Shown: positions 43,005 to 53,191, counted from the stretch's first letter. The stretch is 64,000 nt of DNA from an uncultured Gammaproteobacteria bacterium (GCA_963843735.1 CAWJLN010000001.1:129023-193022), one strand, 5' to 3'. Notes: generated from the letters alone by a model not told the origin. Program-made: numbers and translations.

Positions 43005-45208
43005 GTGATGCCGAGAATAAATCCGAAAACCAGAGCAAAGGTAATGCCTGGACGCCATCGCAGAGTATGGCCGTAGCCGGTAATGAGGACGGAGTAGATC
43101 TACGCGTATTGACCGCTGCGTTGTGGGGAGGGAAGTGGATCATTGCGGCCATCGCCGCCGTGGTGCTGGTGCTCGCGCTACTTTATGCTTTCCTTGCGCA
43201 TCCGGTTTACGAGGCGGATGCGCTGATCCAGATCGAGCAACAAAATCAAACTCCGGGCACCTCCACGGATATTCTATCGCTTCTATTGCCGATGGCCGCT
43301 CCTGCGGATGCCGAAATCGCGATTATGACTTCGCGCTCGGTCCTTCAGCCTGCCGTCGAGCACGAGCACCTTAATATCGTGATAGCGGGGGAGGGGTTGC
43401 CCTTCATCGGGCATTCGGATGTGACAGGGGTTGCGGTTACGCAATTGCAGGTGCCCGGTGATTGGATGGACCAAAAACTGGAACTCACACCCAAGGGAAA
43501 TGGTGCTTATGAGCTTGCTTCCCCGTCAGGCGACGAGGTTCTCAAAGGCCAGGTCGGCCGGCTTGTGAGCGCTCGCAACGGAACCGTCAAGATTCTGGTC
43601 AGCCGTCTGGATGCACCGGCGGGCGAGAGTATTACGCTAACGCGCCTTTACGATCAGGAAGCCATCTCGACGCTGCAGAAGAATTTAACCGCTGCCGAAC
43701 AGGGCAAGGACACCGGCATCGTGCAGATCACTTTGGATGGTCCGCAGCCAACCCGAACCAGGGATATCCTCAACACCCTGGTGGATCAGTACATCAATCA
43801 GAATGTAGCGGTCATGGCACTGCAGGCAAAAACCAGCCTGGCGTTCATTAACAAGCAATTGCCACAGCTCAAAAAACAACTGGACGCTGCCGAAGCCAAG
43901 CTGACTGTCTTCAAAACGAAAAACGGTGCCGTTGGCCTCGATCAACAGGCGCAAACGATGCTGCAAGTGCTGACAACGTTGGAATCTCAGCTTACACAAC
44001 TAAATCTTGCCGAGGCGGCCATGCGCCAGAGCTACACTTCCCGCTATCCGGGCTTCCGGGCACTGCGTGGTCAGGAGAAGGACATCCAGCGGAAAGTAGA
44101 AGCCATCGAGACCAAAATCAACCTGTTGCCCAAGCAGGAGCAGAACTACCTGGGATTGATGCAGGACGTGCAGGTATATACGCAGCTTTATACGACACTG
44201 CTGGCCAAGGTGCAGGATCTTCAGCTCGCCGAGGCAGGCACGGTGGGGAGTGCGCGCGTCGTGGATTATGCGGTCACGCCGATCAAACCGGTTGCGCCCC
44301 GCAAGAGCATCATCGTCGTGCTAGGGCTGTTGCTCGGATTATTTCTGGGCGTCATGGTCGTATTTTTACGCCACGCATTGTCGCGCACGGTGCAGGACGC
44401 GGCCGCGCTTGAGCGCGAGTTCGGCTTGCCGGTTTACGCCGTGGTGCCGCACAGCGACCAACAGGACTATTTGATCAAGAAAGCCAAACGCAGCCATGCG
44501 ACGGGGATACCCTTGCTGGCGGTTGACGATCCGCTTGATCCGACCGTCGAATCCATCCGCAGCCTGCGTACCAGCATCAACTTTGCGCTGCAAGGATCGG
44601 CGCGCAAGGTAATCACCTTGGGCGGCTGCGCTCCCGGGGTCGGCAAGAGTTTCCTCAGCGTCAATCTGGCGCATGTCCTTGGAGCGAGTGGTGCGAGGAT
44701 ATTGCTTGTTGACGCCGACATGCGACGCGGACATCTGGAAAAGTACATGGATGGGCGCAAGCAGCCCGGCCTGTCCCAGATTCTATCCGGCGAAGTCTCT
44801 TCGGAGGAGGCGATTCGCCACAGCCCGTACAGCAAAAACGTGGACTTTCTGCCTACCGGAATATTTCCTCCCAATCCCTACGAATTGCTGACGAATCCTC
44901 GCCTGCGAGCGCTCATTGACACATGTTCGGATAGTTATGATCTGGTGGTTGTTGACGTGCCGCCGGTGTTGGCGGTTGCGGAAGGCTTGCTTATCAACCG
45001 CCTTGCGACGGCTAATTTCCTTGTCGTCAGGGCGGGATCACAGACGCTTCAGGAGTTGCGCCTGGCAGTAGATCGCATGCGGCAAAACGGCATTCAACCG
45101 AACGGCTTCGTGTTCAATGACCTTACGCGTCAGGCGGCAACCAACACCTATGGTCGCTATGCCAAGACTTATTACTACACCCGTTATGGCAATCAAGGGA
45201 AGAAGTGA
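43001..45208 (+). CDS. wzc: polysaccharide co-polymerase / tyrosine autokinase (BY-kinase)
   Basis: Wzz-like N-terminal half with two TMs, Walker A GCAPGVGKS, Walker A' LLVDADMRR, Walker B VVVDVPP, and a C-terminal Tyr cluster YGRYAKTYYYTRY. ATGA overlap with wza. Confidence 0.9.
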   Translation: MSDAENKSENQSKGNAWTPSQSMAVAGNEDGVDLRVLTAALWGGKWIIAAIAAVVLVLALLYAFLAHPVYEADALIQIEQQNQTPGTSTDILSLLLPMAAPADAEIAIMTSRSVLQPAVEHEHLNIVIAGEGLPFIGHSDVTGVAVTQLQVPGDWMDQKLELTPKGNGAYELASPSGDEVLKGQVGRLVSARNGTVKILVSRLDAPAGESITLTRLYDQEAISTLQKNLTAAEQGKDTGIVQITLDGPQPTRTRDILNTLVDQYINQNVAVMALQAKTSLAFINKQLPQLKKQLDAAEAKLTVFKTKNGAVGLDQQAQTMLQVLTTLESQLTQLNLAEAAMRQSYTSRYPGFRALRGQEKDIQRKVEAIETKINLLPKQEQNYLGLMQDVQVYTQLYTTLLAKVQDLQLAEAGTVGSARVVDYAVTPIKPVAPRKSIIVVLGLLLGLFLGVMVVFLRHALSRTVQDAAALEREFGLPVYAVVPHSDQQDYLIKKAKRSHATGIPLLAVDDPLDPTVESIRSLRTSINFALQGSARKVITLGGCAPGVGKSFLSVNLAHVLGASGARILLVDADMRRGHLEKYMDGRKQPGLSQILSGEVSSEEAIRHSPYSKNVDFLPTGIFPPNPYELLTNPRLRALIDTCSDSYDLVVVDVPPVLAVAEGLLINRLATANFLVVRAGSQTLQELRLAVDRMRQNGIQPNGFVFNDLTRQAATNTYGRYAKTYYYTRYGNQGKK

Positions 45209-45233
45209 TGCATGTAGCGACATGCACATTTTG
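45209..45233 (+). terminator. candidate intrinsic terminator after wzc
   Basis: TGCATGT-AGCG-ACATGCA followed by CATTTTG. The stem is short (7 bp). Confidence 0.45.
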
Positions 45234-45462
45234 TGATTGAGGCCCTGCCTGTCAGTAATTTCGATTGAAGCACAAGGGCGTCAGATTGCGAGTGCTATGA
45301 ATGGGCAGGAGACGCGGCTCTGCGGGTATCCTGTCATCCGGACAGCAGATCGTGGTCACGGGTATCGGTTTTGGGTTTTGAAGCTGTATTTATAGCGCCT
45401 TTGATGTTGTTACTGAGCGTGCGACCCAGTTTCTATGGAATTAAATTAATCTGCTCAGGTCT

Positions 45463-47544
45463 ATGGTGAAAATGGTTAAGCCCGACTTTTCGGGAGTGCT
45501 CAATCATACCTTGCTATTACTCAAGGAAATCAGCCGCGAGTATCAGCCTTCAGTATTGGCCAATGGGTTCGGCCCTGAGTCCATGGTGCTCATTGATTTG
45601 ATTGCCAAACACGATTTATCGATAGACATTATTTCGCTGGATACCGGGCGCCTTCCTGAAGAGACTTATGAACTGGCGCAAAATGCGTTTAAACGCTACG
45701 GATCTATTATTCGGCTGGTGATGCCGGATGAAGAAGAGATTCTGGCCTGGACGTCGCGGAATGGGCCGAATGCTTTTTATCAAAGTGTCGAATTGCGTCA
45801 AGAATGCTGTGGCATACGCAAAGTGGCGCCGCTGAAGCGCGTGTTGGCGGGCAAAAAGGCTTGGTTGACAGGAGTTCGCAAGGAGCAGACAATTACGCGT
45901 GCCCATATGGGAGAACGCATGTGGGATGCCGGTAACAGCCTGTACAAGTTCAACCCGATGATTGATTGGACTGCGGAGCAAGTGTGGGCCTATATTCACG
46001 AATATACCGTCCCTTATAATGCACTGCACGATAAGGGGTACCCCAGCATTGGATGTGCGCCGTGTACTCGTGCGGTGAGTCCCGGTGAGGATCATCGGGC
46101 TGGCCGCTGGTGGTGGGAGCGGGAAGCGGCCAAGGAGTGCGGCTTACACCTGGATCCGGAAACGGGGCGCTTTCAACCGAAGGCTGCCTCAAAGGCGGAA
46201 ACCGCCGGGAGCCCACCGCTTCGGAACCACAGGAAAAGTGCGCATTTTCCGCATCCGGAAGAGGATGCGAAATATGCCAGTGAAGCTAATTTTTTCGATA
46301 ATGTAGCCAAGGTTAAAGACAGGAGTTCAGCAATGAAGGTATTGATATTGGGTGGAGACGGATTTTGTGGCTGGCCGACCGCTTTGCATCTTTCGGCACA
46401 GGGCCATGATGTGGCTATCGTGGATAATCTATCGCGTCGCAACATAGATATTGAGCTTGAATGCAATTCATTGACACCCATCAGGCCGATGAGCGAGCGT
46501 CTGCGGGCATGGAAAGAAGTGTCCGGAAAGGAAATTTCCTTCCACAACTTCGACGTGGCGGTGAACTATCAGCGCCTGTTGGATTTGCTCAAGGAATGGC
46601 AGCCCCAGGCGGTGGTGCACTTTGCGGAGCAGCGTGCTGCGCCGTACTCGATGAAAAGCAGCTACCACAAGCGCTACACAGTCAGCAATAATCTGAACGC
46701 TACCAACAATTTACTGGCTGCCGTGGTCGAAAGCGGCCTGGACATTCATATTGCTCATCTGGGCACTATGGGAGTGTATGGTTACGGCACGGCGGGCATG
46801 AAGATTCCAGAAGGATACCTGAAGATCAAGATAGACACAGGCGAAGGCGAGCTGATTGACAATGAGATTTTGTATCCGGCAAATCCAGGCAGCATTTACC
46901 ACATGACGAAGACACAGGACCAGTTACTGTTTTTCTTCTATAACAAGAATGACAAAATTCGCATTACCGATTTGCATCAGGGCATCGTTTGGGGCACGCA
47001 AACCGAACAGACCAAGATGGACGAACGTTTGATCAATCGCTTCGACTACGACGGTGATTATGGCACGGTGTTGAACCGTTTCCTGATGCAGGCCGCCATC
47101 GGTTATCCCTTGAGTGTTCACGGTAGCGGCGGGCAGACTCGCGCCTTCATCCATATTCAGGACACCGTACGTTGCATCCAGATTGCTCTGGAAAATCCGC
47201 CTGCCGTTGGAGAGCGGGTACAGATATTCAACCAGATGACAGAATGTCATCGAGTACGTGATTTGGCCAAGATGATATCCGATCGCACGGGTGTGAAGAT
47301 TGATAATGTGCCGAACCCTCGTATCGAAGCGGACGAGAACGAACTGCACGTCGCCAACGATCGCTTCCTGCACTTGGGACTCGATCCGGTTACGCTGAGT
47401 GACGGGCTCATGGAAGAGGTCACGGAGATTACCCACAAGTACGCCGGCCGCTGTGACAAATCGAAGATTCCGTGTGTGTCATTTTGGCGCGCCCCTGCCG
47501 CTTCAGGCCATGCGAAGCGGGCCAAATCAGATATTGCCGGTTGA
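45463..47544 (+). CDS. fusion protein: N-terminal APS/PAPS reductase (CysH-like, Fe-S type) + C-terminal UDP-sulfoquinovose synthase (SQD1/SqdB)
   Basis: N-terminal domain: FGPESMVLIDL, LDTGRLPEETY, ECCGIRKV, SIGCAPCTR, RAGRWWWE, KECGLH. C-terminal domain from M291 (nt 46333): MKVLILGGDGFCGWPTALHL, HFAEQRAAPYSM, GTMGVYG, SIYHMTKTQD, DYDGDYGTVLNRF, NPRIEADE. No stop between the two domains. Confidence 0.85.
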   Translation: MVKMVKPDFSGVLNHTLLLLKEISREYQPSVLANGFGPESMVLIDLIAKHDLSIDIISLDTGRLPEETYELAQNAFKRYGSIIRLVMPDEEEILAWTSRNGPNAFYQSVELRQECCGIRKVAPLKRVLAGKKAWLTGVRKEQTITRAHMGERMWDAGNSLYKFNPMIDWTAEQVWAYIHEYTVPYNALHDKGYPSIGCAPCTRAVSPGEDHRAGRWWWEREAAKECGLHLDPETGRFQPKAASKAETAGSPPLRNHRKSAHFPHPEEDAKYASEANFFDNVAKVKDRSSAMKVLILGGDGFCGWPTALHLSAQGHDVAIVDNLSRRNIDIELECNSLTPIRPMSERLRAWKEVSGKEISFHNFDVAVNYQRLLDLLKEWQPQAVVHFAEQRAAPYSMKSSYHKRYTVSNNLNATNNLLAAVVESGLDIHIAHLGTMGVYGYGTAGMKIPEGYLKIKIDTGEGELIDNEILYPANPGSIYHMTKTQDQLLFFFYNKNDKIRITDLHQGIVWGTQTEQTKMDERLINRFDYDGDYGTVLNRFLMQAAIGYPLSVHGSGGQTRAFIHIQDTVRCIQIALENPPAVGERVQIFNQMTECHRVRDLAKMISDRTGVKIDNVPNPRIEADENELHVANDRFLHLGLDPVTLSDGLMEEVTEITHKYAGRCDKSKIPCVSFWRAPAASGHAKRAKSDIAG

Positions 47545-47678
47545 ATGGCCGCGGGATGTGCGAACAATCCGTATGTTCCTCGCATAGCCTGCCGCTTTGC
47601 GGAGTTCCAAGCTGGGTGAAATTGTAATGTCCGTGTGCCGGATTGCTGCGAGGCGCACGGTCTGCCATTGAGAGGACG

Positions 47679-48350
47679 ATGATGCGCAAAATGATGAGAA
47701 TTAATGTCGGGTGTGGCAAAACGCCTACAAAAGGCTGGGATAATTACGACAACGCATCGAGTCTTCGTCTGGAAAAGACACCCTTTATACCTGATCTCTT
47801 GATGAGGTTAAGACTTATTGGGAGCTCCCGCGCTCAATTTATTCGGTTTGCGCGAGAAAATAAAATAAGGTACGGTGATGTGACAAAAGGGTTGCCTATT
47901 AAAGACAATTCCGTTTCCGTTCTTTATAGCTGTCACATGCTGGAGCACCTGGATAGAAGCGAAGTCGCCATATTTCTCCGAGAGGCAATTCGGGTCCTGT
48001 GCCCGTGTGGAGTCATCAGAATAGCCGTGCCGGATATAAAAAAATTGGTCAACCAATACATGGAATCTGGTGACGCAGATGAATTTATCGGAGCGACGCT
48101 CCTGGCTTCCCCTCAACAAAAATCCTTTGCAAAACGTTTGCGTATGTTTCTCTCGGGCCATCGCGACTATCGCCAACATCAGTGGATGTACGATGGCGCT
48201 TCATTGGCGAGCTTGCTAAAGAGGCAGGGTTTTGTGAATATTGAGGTCCTTCCTGCCGGCCAGACAAGAATAGAATCGCCTGACCTGCTGGATCTGTACG
48301 AAAGAGACTGGGAGAGTGTTTATGTAGAGGCGGTAAAGCCGAATGGTTAA
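47679..48350 (+). CDS. class I SAM-dependent methyltransferase
   Basis: MMRKMMRINVGCG (motif I-like), VLYSCHMLEHL and GVIRIAVPD. GAGAGGA RBS before ATG 47679. Confidence 0.7.
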   Translation: MMRKMMRINVGCGKTPTKGWDNYDNASSLRLEKTPFIPDLLMRLRLIGSSRAQFIRFARENKIRYGDVTKGLPIKDNSVSVLYSCHMLEHLDRSEVAIFLREAIRVLCPCGVIRIAVPDIKKLVNQYMESGDADEFIGATLLASPQQKSFAKRLRMFLSGHRDYRQHQWMYDGASLASLLKRQGFVNIEVLPAGQTRIESPDLLDLYERDWESVYVEAVKPNG

Positions 48351-48447
48351 TGGACGCGACGCCTTTTATAGTCCCGTTCAACTACAACTGGAAGTTGATG
48401 GAAATAATGATCTTCATATGGAAAAACTTGTTGTTATGTGAGAGAAA

Positions 48448-49293
48448 ATGAAAGCAAATTGTGCATTTTGTAAACAGTGGACATTATGCGTTTTGGCAAC
48501 CTTATTTTTGGCAGTAGTCGCGTGTTTTGCCGGTGCGTCTGGAGTTCAATCAGATAAGCAATTATTGCCCCTGACGGATAAAAGTACCGCTTGGGTTTTG
48601 ATCCCTGGGTTGTCAGATGAATTCAACGGAAGTCGGATAGAGACTTCCAAGTGGGATACTCAACTTAAAAGCTGGTCCCCGTATTGGACATGGTCCGATA
48701 AGTCGTTAACGGAACATAATGGAGACTTATATATAACCATGCAATATGCTCCGCATAAGAGAAATGCTAGAAGAGTGCACTATGTAAGTGGCATCTTGAG
48801 GAGCAGATTGACTATAAAGTACGGCTATTTCGAGGCAAAAATCCGAGCTGCGCCCAGATTCCCGGGTGTGTCATCGGCATTCTGGTCATCACCATCCAGG
48901 AAGAATGGTTCTCAGTGGACAGAGATAGATTTTGTGGAGACGGATCAACACAAATCAGATCCGCGCAGTATGGACTTTACATTGCATGTTCTCCAGTTGC
49001 CACATATCGCAAGCCTGAAATCTCAAATTCACGAATATCACACATGGCGCGCGCCCTGGGATCCAAGTGCGGCTTTTCATATCTATGGATGTGAGTGGAC
49101 TCCTGCGGAAATCAGCTGGTATGTTGATGGGGTAAAGGTGGAGTCCCGTGATAATAAATATTGGCATCAGCCATTAAATATTTCGCTGTCTCTGGGGCTG
49201 CGCCCCCCCTTGAAAATGAATCCCACCGCATCGGGCTTCCCCACGACGATGGTGGTGGATTATGTCCGTGTGTGGACCAAAAATAAATTCTAA
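48448..49293 (+). CDS. secreted glycoside hydrolase family 16 (beta-glucanase-like)
   Basis: Signal peptide, catalytic motif EIDFVE (E-x-D-x-x-E), and WDPSAAFHIYGCEWTPAEISWYVDG, typical of GH16. Confidence 0.75.
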   Translation: MKANCAFCKQWTLCVLATLFLAVVACFAGASGVQSDKQLLPLTDKSTAWVLIPGLSDEFNGSRIETSKWDTQLKSWSPYWTWSDKSLTEHNGDLYITMQYAPHKRNARRVHYVSGILRSRLTIKYGYFEAKIRAAPRFPGVSSAFWSSPSRKNGSQWTEIDFVETDQHKSDPRSMDFTLHVLQLPHIASLKSQIHEYHTWRAPWDPSAAFHIYGCEWTPAEISWYVDGVKVESRDNKYWHQPLNISLSLGLRPPLKMNPTASGFPTTMVVDYVRVWTKNKF

Positions 49294-49304
49294 ATACTAT
49301 TGAC

Positions 49305-50633
49305 ATGAAGCGTATATCTAAAATTAGAATCTCAAATTCTCCGCTTCGGATAAAAATATTTTCAAACGCAGGATGGCTGCTGGGTGATAAAGTAGTGCGT
49401 ATGGGGGTTGGCTTATTTGTCGTGGCATGGGTCGCACGCTACCTGGGGCCGGAAAGATTTGGAATTCTGAGTTATGCGCTAGCGCTTATCGCGCTACTCG
49501 TTCCAATCGGGAAATTGGGGCTCGATACCATCGTGGTTCGAGATATCGTGCGCGATGAAGGGGCTACGCACGAAATTCTCGGCACGGCATTCACTGCAAA
49601 ATTAATCAGCGGAATAATTGTTGCCATTCTAGGTGTAGTAACAATATCGCTGATCAAACCAGGGGATTTGGAGATGCTCTGGCTGGTGGCCATATTATCC
49701 TTGATGATTGTATTCCCTGCAATGGATGTAGTGGATTTCTGGTTCCAGTCGCAATTGCGATCAAAGAATATTGTGATCGCAAGAGATGCCGCATTTCTTC
49801 TTGCTTCCATTGCTACTGTTGGAATTCTTCTGGCCAAATCATCGCTACTCGCCTTTGCTGGAGCACGAAGTTTAGAGCTGTTTCTCGCTGCACTGGGCAT
49901 GGCCTGGGCGTACAAGATGAGCGGAAATAGCATCAAGCGCTGGAGATTCGATAAATCAAGACTTAAGATGCTAATGGCGGATAGCTGGCCGCTTATCCTC
50001 GCCGGTGTGGTTACTGGAATTTATATGCGAATTGATCAGGTTATGATTGGTCAAATGATAGGCAATGCCGCAGTTGGCCAGTATTCCGTGGCCATACGTA
50101 TAGCGGAGGTATTCTATTTTCTGCCTGTAGTGATCTCGAAGTCATCTTTCCCGGCTATCATAAATGCGAAAGGCATAAGTTCCGATTTATACAAACGGAG
50201 AGTTCAAAAGCTCTGTAGCTGGCTTGCAATCATATCCTACGCTATTGCATTGCCTATGACATTTTTGTCCGATTTTGTCGTAAGGGTTATTTTTGGCAGG
50301 CAATATATGGAGGCAGGCCCCGTATTGGCTATCTATATTTGGGCCTTGGTTTTCGTTTTCCTGGGGGTAGCAAAGAGCACTTGGATAACCTCTGAGGGTT
50401 TGATGAAATACATATTTATATCCACTGGCATGGGCGCAGTATTAAATATACTGTTGAATATAGCTTTTATCAGGTCGTGGGGTATGTTAGGCGCTGCTTA
50501 TGCCACGTTGATTTCTCAAAGTATTGCGTCTGTGCTGTCCAATGCGTTGTTCAGGAAAACTCGACCCATATTTTTTGTTCAAATAAAATCCCTATTGCTT
50601 TTGGGGTTTTTCAAGAAGTTTCAACAAGCATAG
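49305..50633 (+). CDS. wzx: polysaccharide flippase, Wzx (MOP superfamily)
   Basis: 442 aa, ~12 hydrophobic segments, located within a Wzy-dependent locus. Confidence 0.75.
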   Translation: MKRISKIRISNSPLRIKIFSNAGWLLGDKVVRMGVGLFVVAWVARYLGPERFGILSYALALIALLVPIGKLGLDTIVVRDIVRDEGATHEILGTAFTAKLISGIIVAILGVVTISLIKPGDLEMLWLVAILSLMIVFPAMDVVDFWFQSQLRSKNIVIARDAAFLLASIATVGILLAKSSLLAFAGARSLELFLAALGMAWAYKMSGNSIKRWRFDKSRLKMLMADSWPLILAGVVTGIYMRIDQVMIGQMIGNAAVGQYSVAIRIAEVFYFLPVVISKSSFPAIINAKGISSDLYKRRVQKLCSWLAIISYAIALPMTFLSDFVVRVIFGRQYMEAGPVLAIYIWALVFVFLGVAKSTWITSEGLMKYIFISTGMGAVLNILLNIAFIRSWGMLGAAYATLISQSIASVLSNALFRKTRPIFFVQIKSLLLLGFFKKFQQA

Positions 50634-50648
50634 CGGCGGAGTCAAATT

Positions 50649-51410
50649 ATGGACGTAGCCGTATTTTGTTACAACAGACCGGATAAATTAAGAATGTGCC
50701 TGGATATGGTGGATTTGTCTTATGTGGACAAATTGTGGGTCTTTTGCGATACATGGAAAAATAAGCAAGATGAAGAAATGGTGTTAAAGACTATAGATAT
50801 AGCAAGAAAATTCAGGTTCCAAAATAAAGAAGTTGTTGTTCGAGAAAAAAATTTTGGTACACCGAAAAATGTTATCAACGGCCTTGATCGAGTCTTTAAA
50901 AGCTCGGATACGTGCATGGTATTGGAAGATGATTGTATTGTAAGACCGGAAGCCTATGCGTATGTTGATAAAGCACTAAAAATTTTTGAAAACGATAGGC
51001 GGGTATTTTCTATAAACACCATGGCGCCACTCGGGCTGATTCTTAATAAAATTGCATCGCTTTTTGTACATAATGACATTGTTGCTTGCCGTCGTGTCTT
51101 TGCCTTTTGGGGATGGGCGACGTGGGCTAGCCGATGGGGGGAATTCAGAAGCGACCTGGAACCATTTAAGAATCCCTATGGTAATGCACAAAAAGTCCCA
51201 TTGGGTGTTGGGCGGCATGTACGGGCAACATTGAAACTGCATGAGGAAGGGAGAGTGGGCGGCTGGGACGCTAGACTGTTATGTTTGGCCTACTACAATA
51301 AGTGTCTTCATATCCATCCACGCGTGAGCCTCATGCGAAACATTGGTCTCGATGGGACAGGGCCCATTATTCGGCACGCCAGCAGAGCGTATATGATGTC
51401 AAAGCATTGA
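50649..51410 (+). CDS. putative GT-A fold glycosyltransferase (GNT-I/GT13-like; tentative)
   Basis: VAVFCYNRPDKL, VLEDDCIV (EDD metal-binding-type motif) and FWGWATWASRW. Confidence 0.55.
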   Translation: MDVAVFCYNRPDKLRMCLDMVDLSYVDKLWVFCDTWKNKQDEEMVLKTIDIARKFRFQNKEVVVREKNFGTPKNVINGLDRVFKSSDTCMVLEDDCIVRPEAYAYVDKALKIFENDRRVFSINTMAPLGLILNKIASLFVHNDIVACRRVFAFWGWATWASRWGEFRSDLEPFKNPYGNAQKVPLGVGRHVRATLKLHEEGRVGGWDARLLCLAYYNKCLHIHPRVSLMRNIGLDGTGPIIRHASRAYMMSKH

Positions 51411-51621
51411 AATTCAGCGGCCCCAAGGGAATTGCCATTGATGAAATACAGCAGATTAAAGCAAAGAAAGTAATCAGAATATTGATGATGCTTGAAATAT
51501 TTTTCAGGGTGTTACGCACATACTCGCTTTCGATGTTCCCAAAGTCATTAAGGCGCAGTATAAAATTAAAATTCTTTGGCGAGAAAAAACAGTTCTCTAG
51601 ATTTTAGGGAGATCTTCACCT

Positions 51622-52320
51622 ATGAATACCAAGTATCTTGTAAAAACAGCATTTAAGAATCCAATTACTGAGTACTTATATTTTGTGCTTAATTTTATAA
51701 GAAATAAATTTAGGTACGAGCATATATCTCAAGAATACCTTTCGTTAGTCATAAGATCGAATCTTGAGAAGAATATTAGGATTTATGATCATGCTATTGT
51801 CAAGAAGTCAAAAATTGGCACATATACTTACGTGGGTAGATCAAGCCGTGTAAACAGGGCTTCAATAGGAAGATTTTGCTGTATAGGGCCGAATTGTATT
51901 ATCGGAACGGGCCGACACCCTAGCCGCACATATGTGTCGTCTCATCCGGCATTTTATTCTACGGGAAGGCAAGTAGGATTAACTTTCTCAGATAAAAATT
52001 ATTATGAAGAACTTGGTTCTGTCGTGATTGGGAATGACGTATGGTTGGGTACTAATGTTATCGTAGCTGACTCGGTTAAAATAGGCGATGGTGCGATCAT
52101 TGCTGCTGGCGCTGTGGTTACTAAAGATATACCTGCTTATGCCATTTATGGAGGGGTTCCCGCCAAGCTGATTCGATATCGTTTTGAACAGGATGTGATT
52201 GAGTTTTTGTTAAAGTTCAAATGGTGGGGAAAAGACGAAACCTGGTGGAAAGAGAATTTTAAGGAGTTTCATGATATAACCGAATTTATCCGGAATTATG
52301 GCCCCTGTATTCTAGAATAG
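51622..52320 (+). CDS. hexapeptide-repeat O-acetyltransferase (XAT/CatB-like)
   Basis: IGNDVWLGTNVIVADSVKIGDGAIIAAGAVVTKDIPAYAIYGGVPAKLIRYRF. Confidence 0.85.
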   Translation: MNTKYLVKTAFKNPITEYLYFVLNFIRNKFRYEHISQEYLSLVIRSNLEKNIRIYDHAIVKKSKIGTYTYVGRSSRVNRASIGRFCCIGPNCIIGTGRHPSRTYVSSHPAFYSTGRQVGLTFSDKNYYEELGSVVIGNDVWLGTNVIVADSVKIGDGAIIAAGAVVTKDIPAYAIYGGVPAKLIRYRFEQDVIEFLLKFKWWGKDETWWKENFKEFHDITEFIRNYGPCILE

Positions 52321-52376
52321 AAATTTTAGGCGCCTTTACAGGTGTTGTCTGCAATGATATTTTAAAGGTAATATAT

Positions 52377-53112
52377 ATGTTGGCTAATCGCGCAAAGCGT
52401 TTCGCAAAACACCAGATTAGACGTTGTGGTTTCGAAATCAAAAAATATAAAGTTGGCACATCAAGCTTGGCTACGCTATACCGCCTGCTATCCCAGTATA
52501 GGGTCGATCTTATTTTTGATGTGGGCGCCAATGTCGGGCAGTATGCAATGGATCATGCGTGTTGCGGGATATAAAGGTCGTATTGTGTCATTTGAACCAT
52601 TATCTACTGCCTACAATAAATTAGTTCAATCAAGCAGGAGAGATGCTAGGTGGCTTGTAGCGCCAAGAATGGCTATTGGCGATGTGGATAAAGAGATTAC
52701 AATAAACATTTCGGGAAATTCGGTCAGCAGTTCCATTCTAAATGTTTTGGACAAGCACGTGGAAAGCGCGCCTTCGTCGGCCAGGGTTGGCGAAGAAAGG
52801 GTTGCCATGAAAACATTAGATAGTGTTTCTGAGCAGTTTTTGGAAGGCTCGGAAAGTCCGTTTATTAAAATTGACACTCAGGGCTATGAAGCCCAGGCCC
52901 TGATGGGGGCGGCTAATACGCTGCCCAGAATATGTGGCCTGCAGATAGAACTTTCTTTGGTTCCACTGTATGAAGGGCAATCCCTCTATTTTGAGATGGT
53001 GGAGTCTATTGTGTCGCTGGGGTTCAGCCTTCATGGGCTGGTGCCGGGATTTACTGATCCTCATTCGGGTAGATTGTTGCAGGCCGACGGTATTTTTTTC
53101 AGAGACGTTTAG
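52377..53112 (+). pseudogene. FkbM-family methyltransferase with an apparent frameshift near 52550-52560 (or sequencing error)
   Basis: ORF 52377..52574 ends ...DLIFDVGANVGQYAMDH. ORF 52426..53112 continues in another frame: ...RVAGYKGRIVSFEPLSTAYNKL...FIKIDTQGYEAQALMG. Confidence 0.6.
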
Positions 53113-53191
53113 CCCAGTCATTCCGAAAGCAAGCTTTGAAGACCATTAATCTAAAAGCATCTGGAAACGGTAACAGAATTGCATTTTTCAT

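Noticed and set aside
51302-51607. 101-aa ORF overlapping the end of the GT gene and the following gap
   Set aside because: It overlaps the better-supported 50649..51410 ORF in another frame. It has no RBS or motif, and the 210-nt gap may simply be intergenic.
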